Source: Cirrosporium novae-zelandiae
Taxonomy: Eukaryota
DNA: 64,000 bases
Assembly: GCA_026023565.1 (NCBI GenBank)
Contig: JAPETS010000002.1
Coordinates: 1,178,001 to 1,242,000, forward strand
Direction: 5' to 3'
Below the pieces are notes generated by a model that was given only the letters and a program-made list of their open reading frames with translations, was not told the origin of the DNA and searched no databases. A program made the position numbers and the translations under genes. Below, one piece after another: positions 50,161-61,844 of this stretch. Position 1 is the first letter of the stretch, and the number at the start of each line of letters is the position of its first letter.

Positions 50161-53100
50161 TCAATCCCATCCCAAGATTCAAGAAAAGACTCTGTTTCTA
50201 CCTTTGGTAGGTCACGTCACGGTGGTTAGGCTAGGAATATACAGCATCCATGGTTGCGCATCTAGGGGCTAGGGATGCCTGTTCCGCCATCTTTAGGTCA
50301 GATCATTGGGTCTGGTCTTTCAGCCCCCCCCCCTCCTCCTCCAAAGCCCATTCTCATGAACTTGTATTTTCGTTTTTGTAATGGTTCTTGTAACAGCCTG
50401 GTCTAGTATGGCGCATCATCTAGCCGTAAACACGCCACACGTCTAATCTATCTTCAGAAGATTTATCTAGAAAGGTCGAGGAGGAAAAAAGCCTGCCCCA
50501 ACCAACCCCCCCTCCAGAACAAGAACAGAGAGTGAGAGTTAGAGGGTAAAAAAAAAAATCCACAAACAAATATAAATCCAAGAAATTGAGGATTCGAATG
50601 TTTTTTTGCTGCATGTTATATACTGCAAGTGCTTTGAATGATATGATATATTTGGGGTTGGGGGAATGGTGAGAGGGATTGGGATTGGGGTTGGGGTTGG
50701 TTAGGGGTGGAGTATTTGAGGATGTAGGTAGGAGGAGGAGGAGGAGGGAGGGAGGTTTAATGAGTACGAACGGTGGGAGCTGCATTGTTGATATTATGAA
50801 TGATGAATGAATGGATTCGGGGATCAGACCATGATGAAGGGAGAGAAATAGCAGAGAGAGGGCAGAGGGATAAATCATGCCCATGTTTCACGTCTCTCAT
50901 CTCTACCCACCAACGTTCTTTGTCTTTGGCCTGTGTTTCTCCTCCCCTCTCGAGAGAACCTGGCGCTCAAGCTCTTTCAGCTCGTTTTCCACCAACAAAC
51001 CGACCAACTGATCAACTAACTCCTCGCCCATGTCAATTTCCTAATGGAGGTGTTCTGCTCTGCTTACGCCCCCCCCAGTTCTAACTGTTATTGGAGTTGG
51101 CGAAATTGAACAAACGAGCCCCCTACCCGGGCTATTGTACCCTAGAAATTCCTCTATCCAACCAAACCCAACCCACGAATGATGGCCAAGGTGGTTTGTA
51201 CCATTCGGGGTTTGGGGATCCCGACGTCCTCACTTGCCATCCTTTTTTTGGTTCGGTGATTCTGGGTCCTTGCTTGGTGTATGGATTTCTAGCTTGGGAG
51301 GCCCGTGTATTGTTTAGTTGACCGTTCGACTTGTCTATAGTAACTAGCCGAGACTAAACCATATGATGGTCAGTCTCTTTGCCAACAGTTGGCTTGCTAT
51401 CATCTCTCACCGGACGGGGAAGGGGGACAAGCGGGTGGCGGACGCCGGTAGTGGAAGGTAGTAAAGTAGAGCAAGGCAAGTAAACCACGAGTTTGCCAGT
51501 GGGATGTCTAGATTTGGGGAGCTTACGTGAGGATTGAACTCCATACCGCAACCACCAAACCCCAGCAAGACAAAAGATAATCTTGACACTTTGCGGGATA
51601 GGAGGCGATGACATCGGTAGTCTTCTTTCTTGGGTCTTGATGCCAAGTCCTTTTCATGTTTGCTATGTCAAGGAGGAATTGGTATGTATTCTTCTGAACG
51701 GACATATATTTTTAATGGTGGCTGGTGAAGGGGTGGAGGTTTATATCCCATGATTGGGGATGGCCAGTTGACTCCACGATGGGCTATTGAGATATTTTCC
51801 TCTGAGGCATGCTAGACGCAACCAAATAGAAATCATCTTCTGATATCTCAACGCCACACTGCTTAGATCGTCATATATTAAGTTGAAGGACAGGGGAGAG
51901 TATATATCCAACTATGGAGATAGGGATATTTCTTTTGGTTCTAAACAAAAAAAACAGAACTGAGGATGGATGGGTGAGGAGAGATAGTTGGGGATCAATT
52001 ATGAGTGAATGAGAAAGCTGTAGAATTGTAGAGCAGAAGGGGTCAGATACCATAAATATCAGGTTGGGTTTGATTCCCAAGAACGCTATTGATTAGCCAC
52101 ACTGGTGTCAGTGTTCTTCTGAAGGTACTAGCTACAGTATATCCCACAAGGGGGGCCTGTGCGTGGGACTAGTCCCAACAAGATAGTTACTATCATGGTT
52201 CCATGATAGAGATGGTGAGAAAGTGGTAGAGCTGTGGAGAGTTTTTATAAGAAGATGAATGAATGGTAGGCTAGGCTAGGCTAGTTTATTTGGATCCCTA
52301 GTTTAATGAGAAGCACATGATATATGATATGCGTTGTCCGCATGTTAAGAACGGACGGGAAGATAAACGGATGAAGCAAATAGCAATGGGATCTTGTTTG
52401 CTAGTCAGCTGGAAGCAAGGAAAGTAGGTAGGTCATGAGTATCGATATGGAAACATCTGAGCATCCATCCAGTCAACCTCCTCGCTTTTTTTTTCTCAAA
52501 GGGATTGATGCTCATATCGCCAATCAGATCGTATTCATCTCATCCGTATCCGGAAAAAGAATGAGAAATTTTTTGTAGATGAAGAAATGAAATATCAATT
52601 GAAATAAGCTTAGGGGTATGTACGGATATATGTCAGGTCATGAGATGAAATGGAACCTTCCGCAGGTGAGAGCTATAGAAATCTCTAGATGATGGGAAAC
52701 AAATTGAGAGCTCAACGATCATGTCCTGATTCCACAAACGCGACGTTCGGGTAGCTGCTCCGGAAGATATAATACCTAGCTTATCAGTGGCAATCACCGC
52801 CCCAATGAAGGGGGGGGGGAAAACTCCCAGCAATAAAAACAGCAAACGGAAAATCGCAAATTCCAAAAATAATGTGACTAAGTCCAAGATGAACCTGATT
52901 AAAAAGGTGGAAAAACACGTCAATTAGTTAAATATGGAAAAATAAAAATCATATTATCCAAAACTTCATCCTCTTTCGCTATGCGAAGTTTATGCAAATG
53001 GTATAGATATAAAACACGCAAACCGTGGTTTTTGTTTCATTCCAGAAACGAGTAAGCGCTGGTAATGTCTCCACGATTTTCTCTAAGCTCTAGGTTATGT

Positions 53101-53479
53101 GAAGTAATGTGATGACGGTTATCGAGATGGAAATTCCAAATTTTCACAAGGTATTTTTCTCTTCGTTCCTGATTGTAGAAGTGTGTGTACTCCTGGTCTG
53201 GAGAAATCGACTTGGCATAAGCCAAATATATATATTTTCATCTTAATAGTCACAACAGGTAACCAGGATATCCCATTTTTTTCCTTCTAGAAAATTCTAG
53301 CAGTCTTCTCGAACAGATAATCTAGACGTAAAAGGCAATGAAGGGCTTACAAATGAAAATTTGAGGGGGAGGGAGCTCAATAGCCGTGAGGATTATGAAA
53401 GTAAAAAAAAAAGAGTTGTATTCGCATTGAGGGTATCCGTTTTCCAATACTATCCGATTCATACAAAATTCGGGCAAAC

Positions 53480-54638
53480 CTACCTAACTTTGATCCCTTT
53501 TACCACTTTTAAACCTTTCCGCTCTTGGGCTCCGATCCTTTCGGCTTCCTTTCTCCTCCTCCATTGCCATTCAACCAACACTGGCAAAAATTGCCACAGA
53601 TCGAATTCTGGCCACAGACACTTTAGGAAGATTATGTCTGTCTTTTCATGACACTGCCAGAGCATGAAATCGCTCAGTCGCTCAACCCCGGAGGTGCGAA
53701 CCAGGAGGTCTAGGGGTGGAGTGCCAGCCGTGAACATGTGGTCGTTGAGAGTCTCAGAGGTGATTGATTCGGGATCGGGTAGATGTGAGGAAGCCGAGGA
53801 CAAGTGCTTCTTGTAAGGTGTTTCGGTTCCAGACTCGGGGTGTAGCGTTGTAGTGGAGGAGAGGGAATCCTCAGCGTCAGAGCTAACGCCCGAGTTGGTG
53901 CCAGGCGATGGAGAATTAGACCGTCGATAGGCCTCAGCTTGGGCAGTAAGATGTCGCGAACGAATAGTATTAGAGATACGGGTTTCGGAGAACGGTCTGT
54001 TAGGCGAGGGTAGTGGCTTGGAATAATCAATCACAGTATTGCGAATAGCGGTGGTAATTTCATCTCTTGATGTATATGGGAAGCAGACGTTCAGGATAGC
54101 ATCCCCATTTCGACTGGTCAGCTCGACGGCCTTGTCAATGGCTCTCCGAACATCTGGTTTGATGAGTGCTTTTTGTCCAAGAATCCGGATGCTAGCACCA
54201 TATTGATCAAGGAGATCGCCATGCTGGGCAATTTGAAAGAGCTTAGTTTTGGCTATTTCCATCAGTGCATCCACCTCATATTTTGAGCGCTTAAAGTTCT
54301 CGATGCTGAATGCGTAGATGGTAACGACCTTGACACCGGATTTATAGCATACTTCAAGGATCTAAGGGGGTTCGGATGTCAGCAGTGAAATCCCGACTTG
54401 TTCAGATACCACACACCTGCGCCAGAGCTTCAAATCCAAGATTATGGCCTTCGATCGTCTCAATTCCATGATTTCGTGCAAATCTTCTATTCCCATCCAT
54501 TACAAAAGCAACATGTTGAGGAATTGGTCCTTGACGCAATGCTCCAATGAGGAGTTCCTGGAGCGAAGCAGTAGCCCACTCCATGGGTGGAGAGGCACGC
54601 AGCCATTTTCGAATCTGTGAAAGATGCATTGAAGGCAT
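53480..54638 (-). CDS. RER2: cis-prenyltransferase (dehydrodolichyl diphosphate synthase), Rer2/Srt1 family
   Basis: Exons 54638-54417 and 54361-53480. PQHVAFVMDGNRRFAR, TIYAFSIENFKR, CFPYTSRDEI, DLLVRTSGVERLSDFMLWQ, LWPEFDLW. Confidence 0.95.
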
Positions 54639-55469
54639 CTTGCCAGAGTTTGAGGGGATTTAGCTTTAATAACGTGTTCGTTTTGCACGTGTCAAAGTCC
54701 ACTTTGCGTGGTCACGATACTGTTGCAGCGACGAGACCACTTTGGGTATAAATATCAACAGGGGCCGATCCAGCTCTCTGGAGATCAAGCAATATTTCTC
54801 CTTCTCTATGTTCCTAAACAGCAAGAAGGTATAATATGATTATATGAAACGACAGTAAGGGATAGGGAGATATAGAGAACGATTTTTAGGATGACGACTT
54901 CTTCAAATTGCCAACCTGTTATCAGCACAGGGCTCAACGTTCAACAAGTATTTTTTGGCTTGAGGTAAGTTTAAACGAAGGATCCCTTGGTTCCAGCAAC
55001 ACTCTCGCCGCAACTTTCCCATCCCAGTGACACCAAGAAACCGTTAAGCCTGCAGCATTATGCAATGCAATGCATCAACAGTTATGAAATTGTGATATAA
55101 TAATAATAATTACCTACTTGAGTCGGCATCTACGTATCTAGGTAATATCCTACAAACTACAAACACGTGGAAGGGAAATATATGGTCATGGATAAATTTT
55201 ACCTTTAGTTTATCCAACATTTATAACCTGTCGCAACACTGGTATCAAAATTCCTACTTAATTTTCCATTGACAGTAAGAATTACTGCCAAACAAAAAAT
55301 ATTAGATTAAATTCATGCTATGCCTGTCCCTGACTTGTCGTCATGACTTCCCTAGGAGACCCTATATCTAAAGAACAAGCTTTCGAATTGGTAAAACATC
55401 CAGTTGCGTTAGATAATCTCATTTGATCTGCAGAACACTTGAACCGTTAATCTTCTGCATTTCTCTTTT

Positions 55470-56386
55470 TTAGCGTTGTGCTTGCGCTGTAGCGGCTCTC
55501 TGCCGTGCCTCTCCGGGGGTTCCTAGCCTTCGGCTCCTGGGGTGGAAAGGTTAGTGTTGCTCCATCCATCAATTACAAATATCCAGAATGTCTTCACTTA
55601 CATCATCGTTCTGCTGATGAAACTGATAAGAATCATAAACGCCCAACTTGGAACCATTCCAAAAGCCCAGAATGCATATCCAACAGGCTCGATCAGATTA
55701 TACTGAGCCAGAATGCCATCAAAAGGATGGAAAGCACTTTCATAAACAGGTCTCTCCTCGTACTTCTTTTCTGTGTGGATCTTGGCAATGTCAAGAGCAG
55801 TGGTGTTAGTAACATTCAGAGGGAGAATGTGGATAACCGTCGGGGCTTGGATTTCTTGACTCGGCTGATATTGTGGAACTTGGATATGCCAAATCGATGG
55901 TGGACCTGTGTACAACGTCGCGCAAAGAATACCTTGCTCGTCGCAATTCAGGTAACCAAGGTTGGGGCAAGCTGGATCGGCGGAGAGAAGAGATATGGAT
56001 TCCTTGAATACAAGTTAGCCTGACAGGGCTCAAATAATATCAGGAACAAAACATCTGACATTCCAGGCCTTCTCGACATTAGCGCATCTCCCATAGCATG
56101 TCTTATTACCCCCAGAAACGAACATCATCCAAGTCTCTGGACCTTCACCTGTGGTGGAGACATTAGGAGCCAGGAGTGATCTCCAATTATCTCTGTTGAT
56201 TGTCTCGACCTTCTTCAAGACGACCTCGACCACGACGTCTTCGACTGGCGACGGGGACGAAGGTACGGCTGAAGGAATATATGTCTTTGCCTTGTTCAGT
56301 AAGCCCTGAAGCATCCCTCCAAGAGGTTGTTGATCTGCCGCAGCGAGCAGCGGAAGCGCCAGAACGAGAGCTGATGAGAAGCGCAT
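55470..56386 (-). CDS. Conserved fungal secretory-pathway membrane protein with probable thioredoxin-like fold
   Basis: Exons 56386-56060, 56002-55602, 55536-55470. Signal peptide, W.MFVSGGNKTCYGRC, YLNCDEQGILC, FHPFDG, C-terminal TM then SRTMMSRR. Confidence 0.75.
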
Positions 56387-57240
56387 TATGTCAAAATATC
56401 CAAGTATCCAGAAATGTTCAGGGGTGTATTTTCAACTGGAAAAGGATAGATAAACAGGTCGATAATACACCTGGGCGCGATGCCAATTAGGAAGAGAAGG
56501 ATTTCAGTGAGTGACGGAGCGAAGAGGCGAAAGACAAAGGACGAAGGATGGAAGTTGAACGATAGGTAAGAGGTGGGAAAAGACGGAGATCGTTTGAAGA
56601 GAAACAACTTAACGAAGAGTTCCAAGTACTTCTACTGCCACCTTACCCCAAAACCTCGTCTTAGTAGGCTCTCGCCCTCAGACAGCCAAGGGAGGATGGT
56701 GCCAGGGTTCCAGGGTGCCTATTCGTGCCTATTCGTAATTCCATCTAACCTGATATGGAAAGGCGGTACCAAGATGATCCGAACACCGAGTGAACACCCG
56801 CGTCAAATTGATTAGGTCGAGATTGGCACCACCGCGTCTTGATTGGATCATTGTGCCTTAGGCCAAAGCTCGTGCTCTGCATAAACTCCAATGAAACTCC
56901 CATGAACACAATGATCCCCTGAATCCCGAGGGTTCAGGCGAGGTTGTTTTAAATTCTAATAAACCACAGACCAACACCAATATTTAAATTACCTACATAG
57001 CCAGCACTCTACTAAAAGTAGATGTGCCAGTCAATCTCTTCTCTTTTCTCCATATTGCTCCTCAGACATTCCTTAGAACTCTAACACCCTCTTTTAATCT
57101 TATTTAGAGCTCCTGATACTCATTCTTTAGTATCTCATAGCTACTAAATATATAATCCTCACTCACTTGAAATCAATTGAAGAGTAGCAGCTTATAGCTC
57201 AGTACACCTTAAACATTTTAAAACCCAAAGGCGAGCCAGC

Positions 57241-58483
57241 ATGCCTTCAAGGTGGAATATCCTAAGGCATTGCACCGCTATCCTTGCAGTGACAGCTCCT
57301 TTACTGGCCCAGCAGTCATATGCTGCGGCGATTCTGGCTCGCCAACCCGATGGTAAGCTTCTCCAACCCAAGTTTATCTTTCCAGAACGCCAACCATATT
57401 AATTATCCATACTTGATAGCCTCAACAACTGCTTTAGCGTCTTCAGCAGCTACGTCAGGGACGGAAACAACCGTCTCCGCAACCGCAAAGACTACTGGCG
57501 ATACGGCAGCCAAGTCAACGGATGCGGTTTCTGCTACAGATGATATCGTGACCACTCGCACAACCAAAGATGCTGCCACCTCGACTTCAGATACCGCTGA
57601 AAGCGCAACTGCATCTCGAACATTGGATGGTGATTTTCCTGTGTGCCATGAAGCAACTGGGCCCTTGAGACCTTTTTGTTTGCCAACCGATGGTCGAGAT
57701 GTATATGTTGGAGATACCTATTATGGTAAATATGCCAAATGCATAATAGAGGCAAGTTGCTAACCGCAAACAGTGACATGGGACTCTGATTATTATACGA
57801 TGAACTCAACGATCACGATACTATTGAATTATGTTAATGCATCTCAGAATGGTGGCCAGTCAGCCTGGACCTCTGACCGCACTGCAAACAGTTATGGATA
57901 TTTGACGGTCACATTTGAAAAGGCTTGGCTTCAGGATAACGCACGCAACAACTTGACATTCTATATCGTTGAATATGATCCGAGCTCGACTACGCGCAAC
58001 AGCATATTGAATGGGCCTACCGTTTCCTTGACTACCGCACCGAAAACCCATTACTCACCCTCGCCACCTACAAGCGTTCCTAACAAAGCTGGTCTGATGA
58101 TTGGTCTTCCAGTATGTCTTGGGTTTGTCTTACTGGTGGTCTGTGGATTGTTCATCGGCATGAGAAAGCACCGTCGAATAGGGCTCGGTAATGTCATGGG
58201 CCGGAAACGAGGATATGGTATCGGCAAGTCGAGAAAGCAAAGGGTCGGTAAGAAGGGACCTATCAGGCTTGATGAATATGAAGCCGGAAGTCGCCCAGAG
58301 GATCCCATATTTACTGGCGATGCGCGCACCGCTGGTTCCAAACCAGCTCATTCCCATGCCAGGGAAGAAAGTCTAGGAAGTCTTGTTGACAGTCCAAGGG
58401 TCAATAACTTCGGAGAAGCACCTCATGATGGAGGAAATGCTTTTAGAGATGAAATTTCCAGACAGCGGGCTCATGGAGATTAA
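57241..58483 (+). CDS. Type I membrane protein, Psg1/YKL077W (DUF4448)-like
   Basis: Exons 57241-57352, 57420-57725, 57774-58483. Signal peptide, S/T-rich stretch, PFCLP.DG.DVYVGDTYYVTWD, TM GLMIGLPVCLGFVLLVVCGLFI, then MRKHRRIGLGNVMGRKRGYGIGKSR. Family assignment is from recall. Confidence 0.7.
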
Positions 58484-59128
58484 AAATCAAGAATCTTGAT
58501 CATAAGATGATTTGTTATCTCGAGCTTCTTCCGGGGGATCTTTACGATAAACTCTGCATATCTGGTTGAGCATCGCATTGGGAGCTTTTCAGTCGGATCA
58601 AACAGAGCTCAATGCTGATTTGTTGGAGTTATTCCTCCATCCATTTAATGAAACCAAATAGAGAATTTATTCGAATATCCGTGGTGTAATAGTGATGGCT
58701 GTGATGTAGCTAGGGAATTTATTAAAGTTGCATTTATCTTATCATTTAAGATGGAAAAGGTTGAATAATGCAATTATGGATTATATCAACCTTACAATAC
58801 TACAGTAGTAGAGTATAGTCTAGACAGTAGCTTCTTGATCTAGAAATGGCATTGGATAAGTGAAGCAGAAATAAGCATTGGTCCGTGCCCTTTGACTTAT
58901 ATCGGACTTAACAAACCTTCCTGAGTGCCAAATGGATTACTAAATAATTTATTCCAACATTGAGCCTGCCGCATCTTTCAGTCTTTCAGATACCCAATAC
59001 ATTCTACCTTTAATCTCAATATCCTTTCAACTGGTTTAACGTTCGCGGAGCCCAAACCAAGTTTAAACCCCCCTTCACGGCATGTGGATTTGGTTTGAAG
59101 ATATTCAACACAATTACAAACATCAGCC

Positions 59129-61844
59129 ATGTCCGATAACAGTGGTGGAAACCTATACAATAATAACGATGACCAACCCGGAGACTACTCCAGTCTCAGT
59201 AATTCCTTGATCACTCCTCCAGCCGTTTTCGTCCCTCCTTTCTGGGACCCAACTAATTTGTCATGGATACCTCCAGGACAGAATTTGGCCAATCCATACG
59301 GGAGCACAATGCTAACACCTGGACAAAACTCATATTTTTCATCATCAAACCGTTTCCAACCATTTGAACAGACTCTCCTACAGAACCCTAATACAGAGCC
59401 AACAGTATACCCCTTCTAAGTCTTTATAGAGACCAATTGCTAACAGAGTACAAGGATACCGTAGAGAGTCCATCCGTAAATGCCATTGCAGATCCCGAAC
59501 CGAATGCTAGAGCTGCCCAATTAAGAGCTCAACTTCTGAAAAAACTCCAAGGAAATAAGGAAGCCACTCCCAAACCGAAGGAGGAGGACCAAAATAATAG
59601 GAGGGAGGTAGACGGGACATCCGCACATCCATCTTCGGAGGACATGTTCGTGGTTGATTCTCATATCGGCCCTAAGGGACACAGTATGCATGACTCGTCC
59701 AAGGCCGTCTCAACTCCCCGGAAACTACGGATTATTCCCCAAGATCCACCAAAAAGTGCAACAAAACCAATAAGCGATACGGCCAAGGTCGTCTCAACAA
59801 CTCAAGCCGGACCTGCCAGAAATAATTCTCCAATAGCGTCTAAAAAAATGTCATCTCCAGTAACTTCTCGGAAGGACTCTGGTACAGATGTAGAAGAAAT
59901 GATTGCCCAGGAAAGAGCCGTCGCGGACAATCAAAATCGCAAAAATATCAAACAAGCAGCTCAACGAGACTCGATAACCGAAAAGGCGCATCCCAATACT
60001 AGTCCAAGGCTCTTGAAAAAAGATAGTAGCTCCCTTCCGAAAGAAACAACACATAATCTAGTGCCAACCAAGAAGATCCAAAATTTAAAAACCGACAGCA
60101 ATGGTTCCCCCAAGAAGATATCACAGTATCCGAATGAATATCTCGATCTTACAAAAATCGAGAAGGATGGTCCCCATAAAACCTTGTCTAATAAAAGTAA
60201 AGAAATTTTTAATGAGCTAGGTCAAACTGATTTGGATGATGTTCGCGAGTGGCTTGAAATAACTGGATTCCATAACTGTGCTTATCGCAAACGAACAATA
60301 GAGCGTCAACGAAAGTTGGCAGATCTTCAAAGGCAAAAAGAGGAACTAGAGCGAGAAGAGCAAGAAGAGGAAGAACTTTTCAGAAGGGGCAGAGCTCGGT
60401 CCGTCTTCCATCCTGACACCATGGCATCGCCTGCTTTGTTACGATCTGTGGAAGGTAGTGGAAAGCCAATAGGATATCAAACAATCACAAAGGTTTCGCC
60501 AGATAGTGGAGATGCTACCCTAATGCAAGGACAAAAGCGTCGGCATGACGGTACTGAAGACCCTATGCAAATAGGAAAGGTAGCACGTACCTCGGCCTCT
60601 GACAACCATGGCCCAGCGGCTACTACAGATGCAGATGCGGAAAACAATATCTCATCTGCGTTAGTCAGGACTAAACCTAAAGCACCCTTGGCTAACGTAG
60701 ACCTGCAACCACGAAATATGAGAGGAATGCCACCACCGCCATTTCGTCAACGCTCAAGAAGCTCTAGCCCTCCGCACCATACGTACGGCTCGCAGCCTCC
60801 AAATTCGATAAACAGAGTACCGAGACATTATCAGGGACAAAGAGAATCATTTACACATAAGAGAGGTGGAAGCCGAGATAGTTCACCCAATTCTAATGGA
60901 CGTGACAGATATTCATACTCAAAGTTTCGATATGGGGATCGTGATAGTAGTCACTACCGCCCCGACCACGACCCAAGTCGCAATATTTCGATTCGAGGCC
61001 GCGGAAAAAATGACCGTAATTATGACGAACCCAGGGATTACCCTGTCGGTGCAGATTCGAAGTTGGAGAGCGAGTCATTGAATCTTCGGGCAGGCGGTTC
61101 GTACTGGCCTTTGCCGCGTTGTGATTAATAACGATTAACATCAAGGGTCCTACATTAGATTCAAGATACTTTATGGTAAAAAGCTTCAATTTTGAAAATG
61201 TGGAAATATCACAGCGCGAAGTGAGTTAGTCTTGCATCTCTCTCCCCTCGGAATAGAACTTACCGAAAAAGAATACCTGGTGTACTCAAGAACACAATCT
61301 TAAAACCTTTCTGGAAGCTTTCGAAAAGTCTCGTAACGTCATTTTGGTTTTCTCTGTCAACCAGAGTAGGGCTTTCCAAGGATATGTATGTTCCCCCCCT
61401 AGACATTTATTTTCCAGCGATGCAGGCCAAATCCCCCATGAAGACTTGTCTAGCACGTTTTGAGTGAGAGCCACCTTGCGTTTACCTAGGACCCCAGCCT
61501 AACCTTTACTTGGCTTAGGATAAGTGAAGGTATAGTGCTTTCTATTATATTTGCTGATTTCTGTTACTTAGGCTCGTATGGAAACTCAACCTGGTGCGCC
61601 TGGTGTTGCTGAACCTACCTGGCAAAAGAAACTTAAATGGACATCGACTCCCCCTTTCAAGATCCGCTGGATCGCAAAAACACAAGTTGCTTTCCGCCAT
61701 GTTGGCCATCTGATCAACGCATATAATGAAAATCACGCTGTTTTAATTGGTCGAGACGGACAAGAGATTGAAGGAGAATGTGGGAGATCGTTATGTGAAA
61801 TTCTCGATAAAGCACAACTTGGCCCTCCGGAAAAGACGTATTGA
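59129..61844 (+). CDS. YTH-domain RNA-binding protein (YTHDC1-like, putative m6A reader)
   Basis: Exons 59129-59404, 59455-61096, 61159-61220, 61272-61385, 61572-61844. C-terminal SRYFMVKSFN.ENVEISQRENTWCT...NVILVFSVNQSRAFQGYARM...PTW...PFKIRWI...HLINAYNEN..VLIGRDGQEI. Both cage-type Trp residues are present, preceded by an RS/RD-rich region. Confidence 0.9.

Noticed and set aside
48371..53479. Telomerase RNA hypothesis for the 5-kb gap
   Set aside because: I found no TAACCCTAA-type template in the gap. The only such 9-mer I noticed (47160-47168) is in a 420-bp promoter.
55447..55522. Alternative last exon of the thioredoxin-like gene via the TAG at 55523
   Set aside because: The CAG at 55537 is the first acceptor after the branch point and gives the more plausible SRTMMSRR tail.
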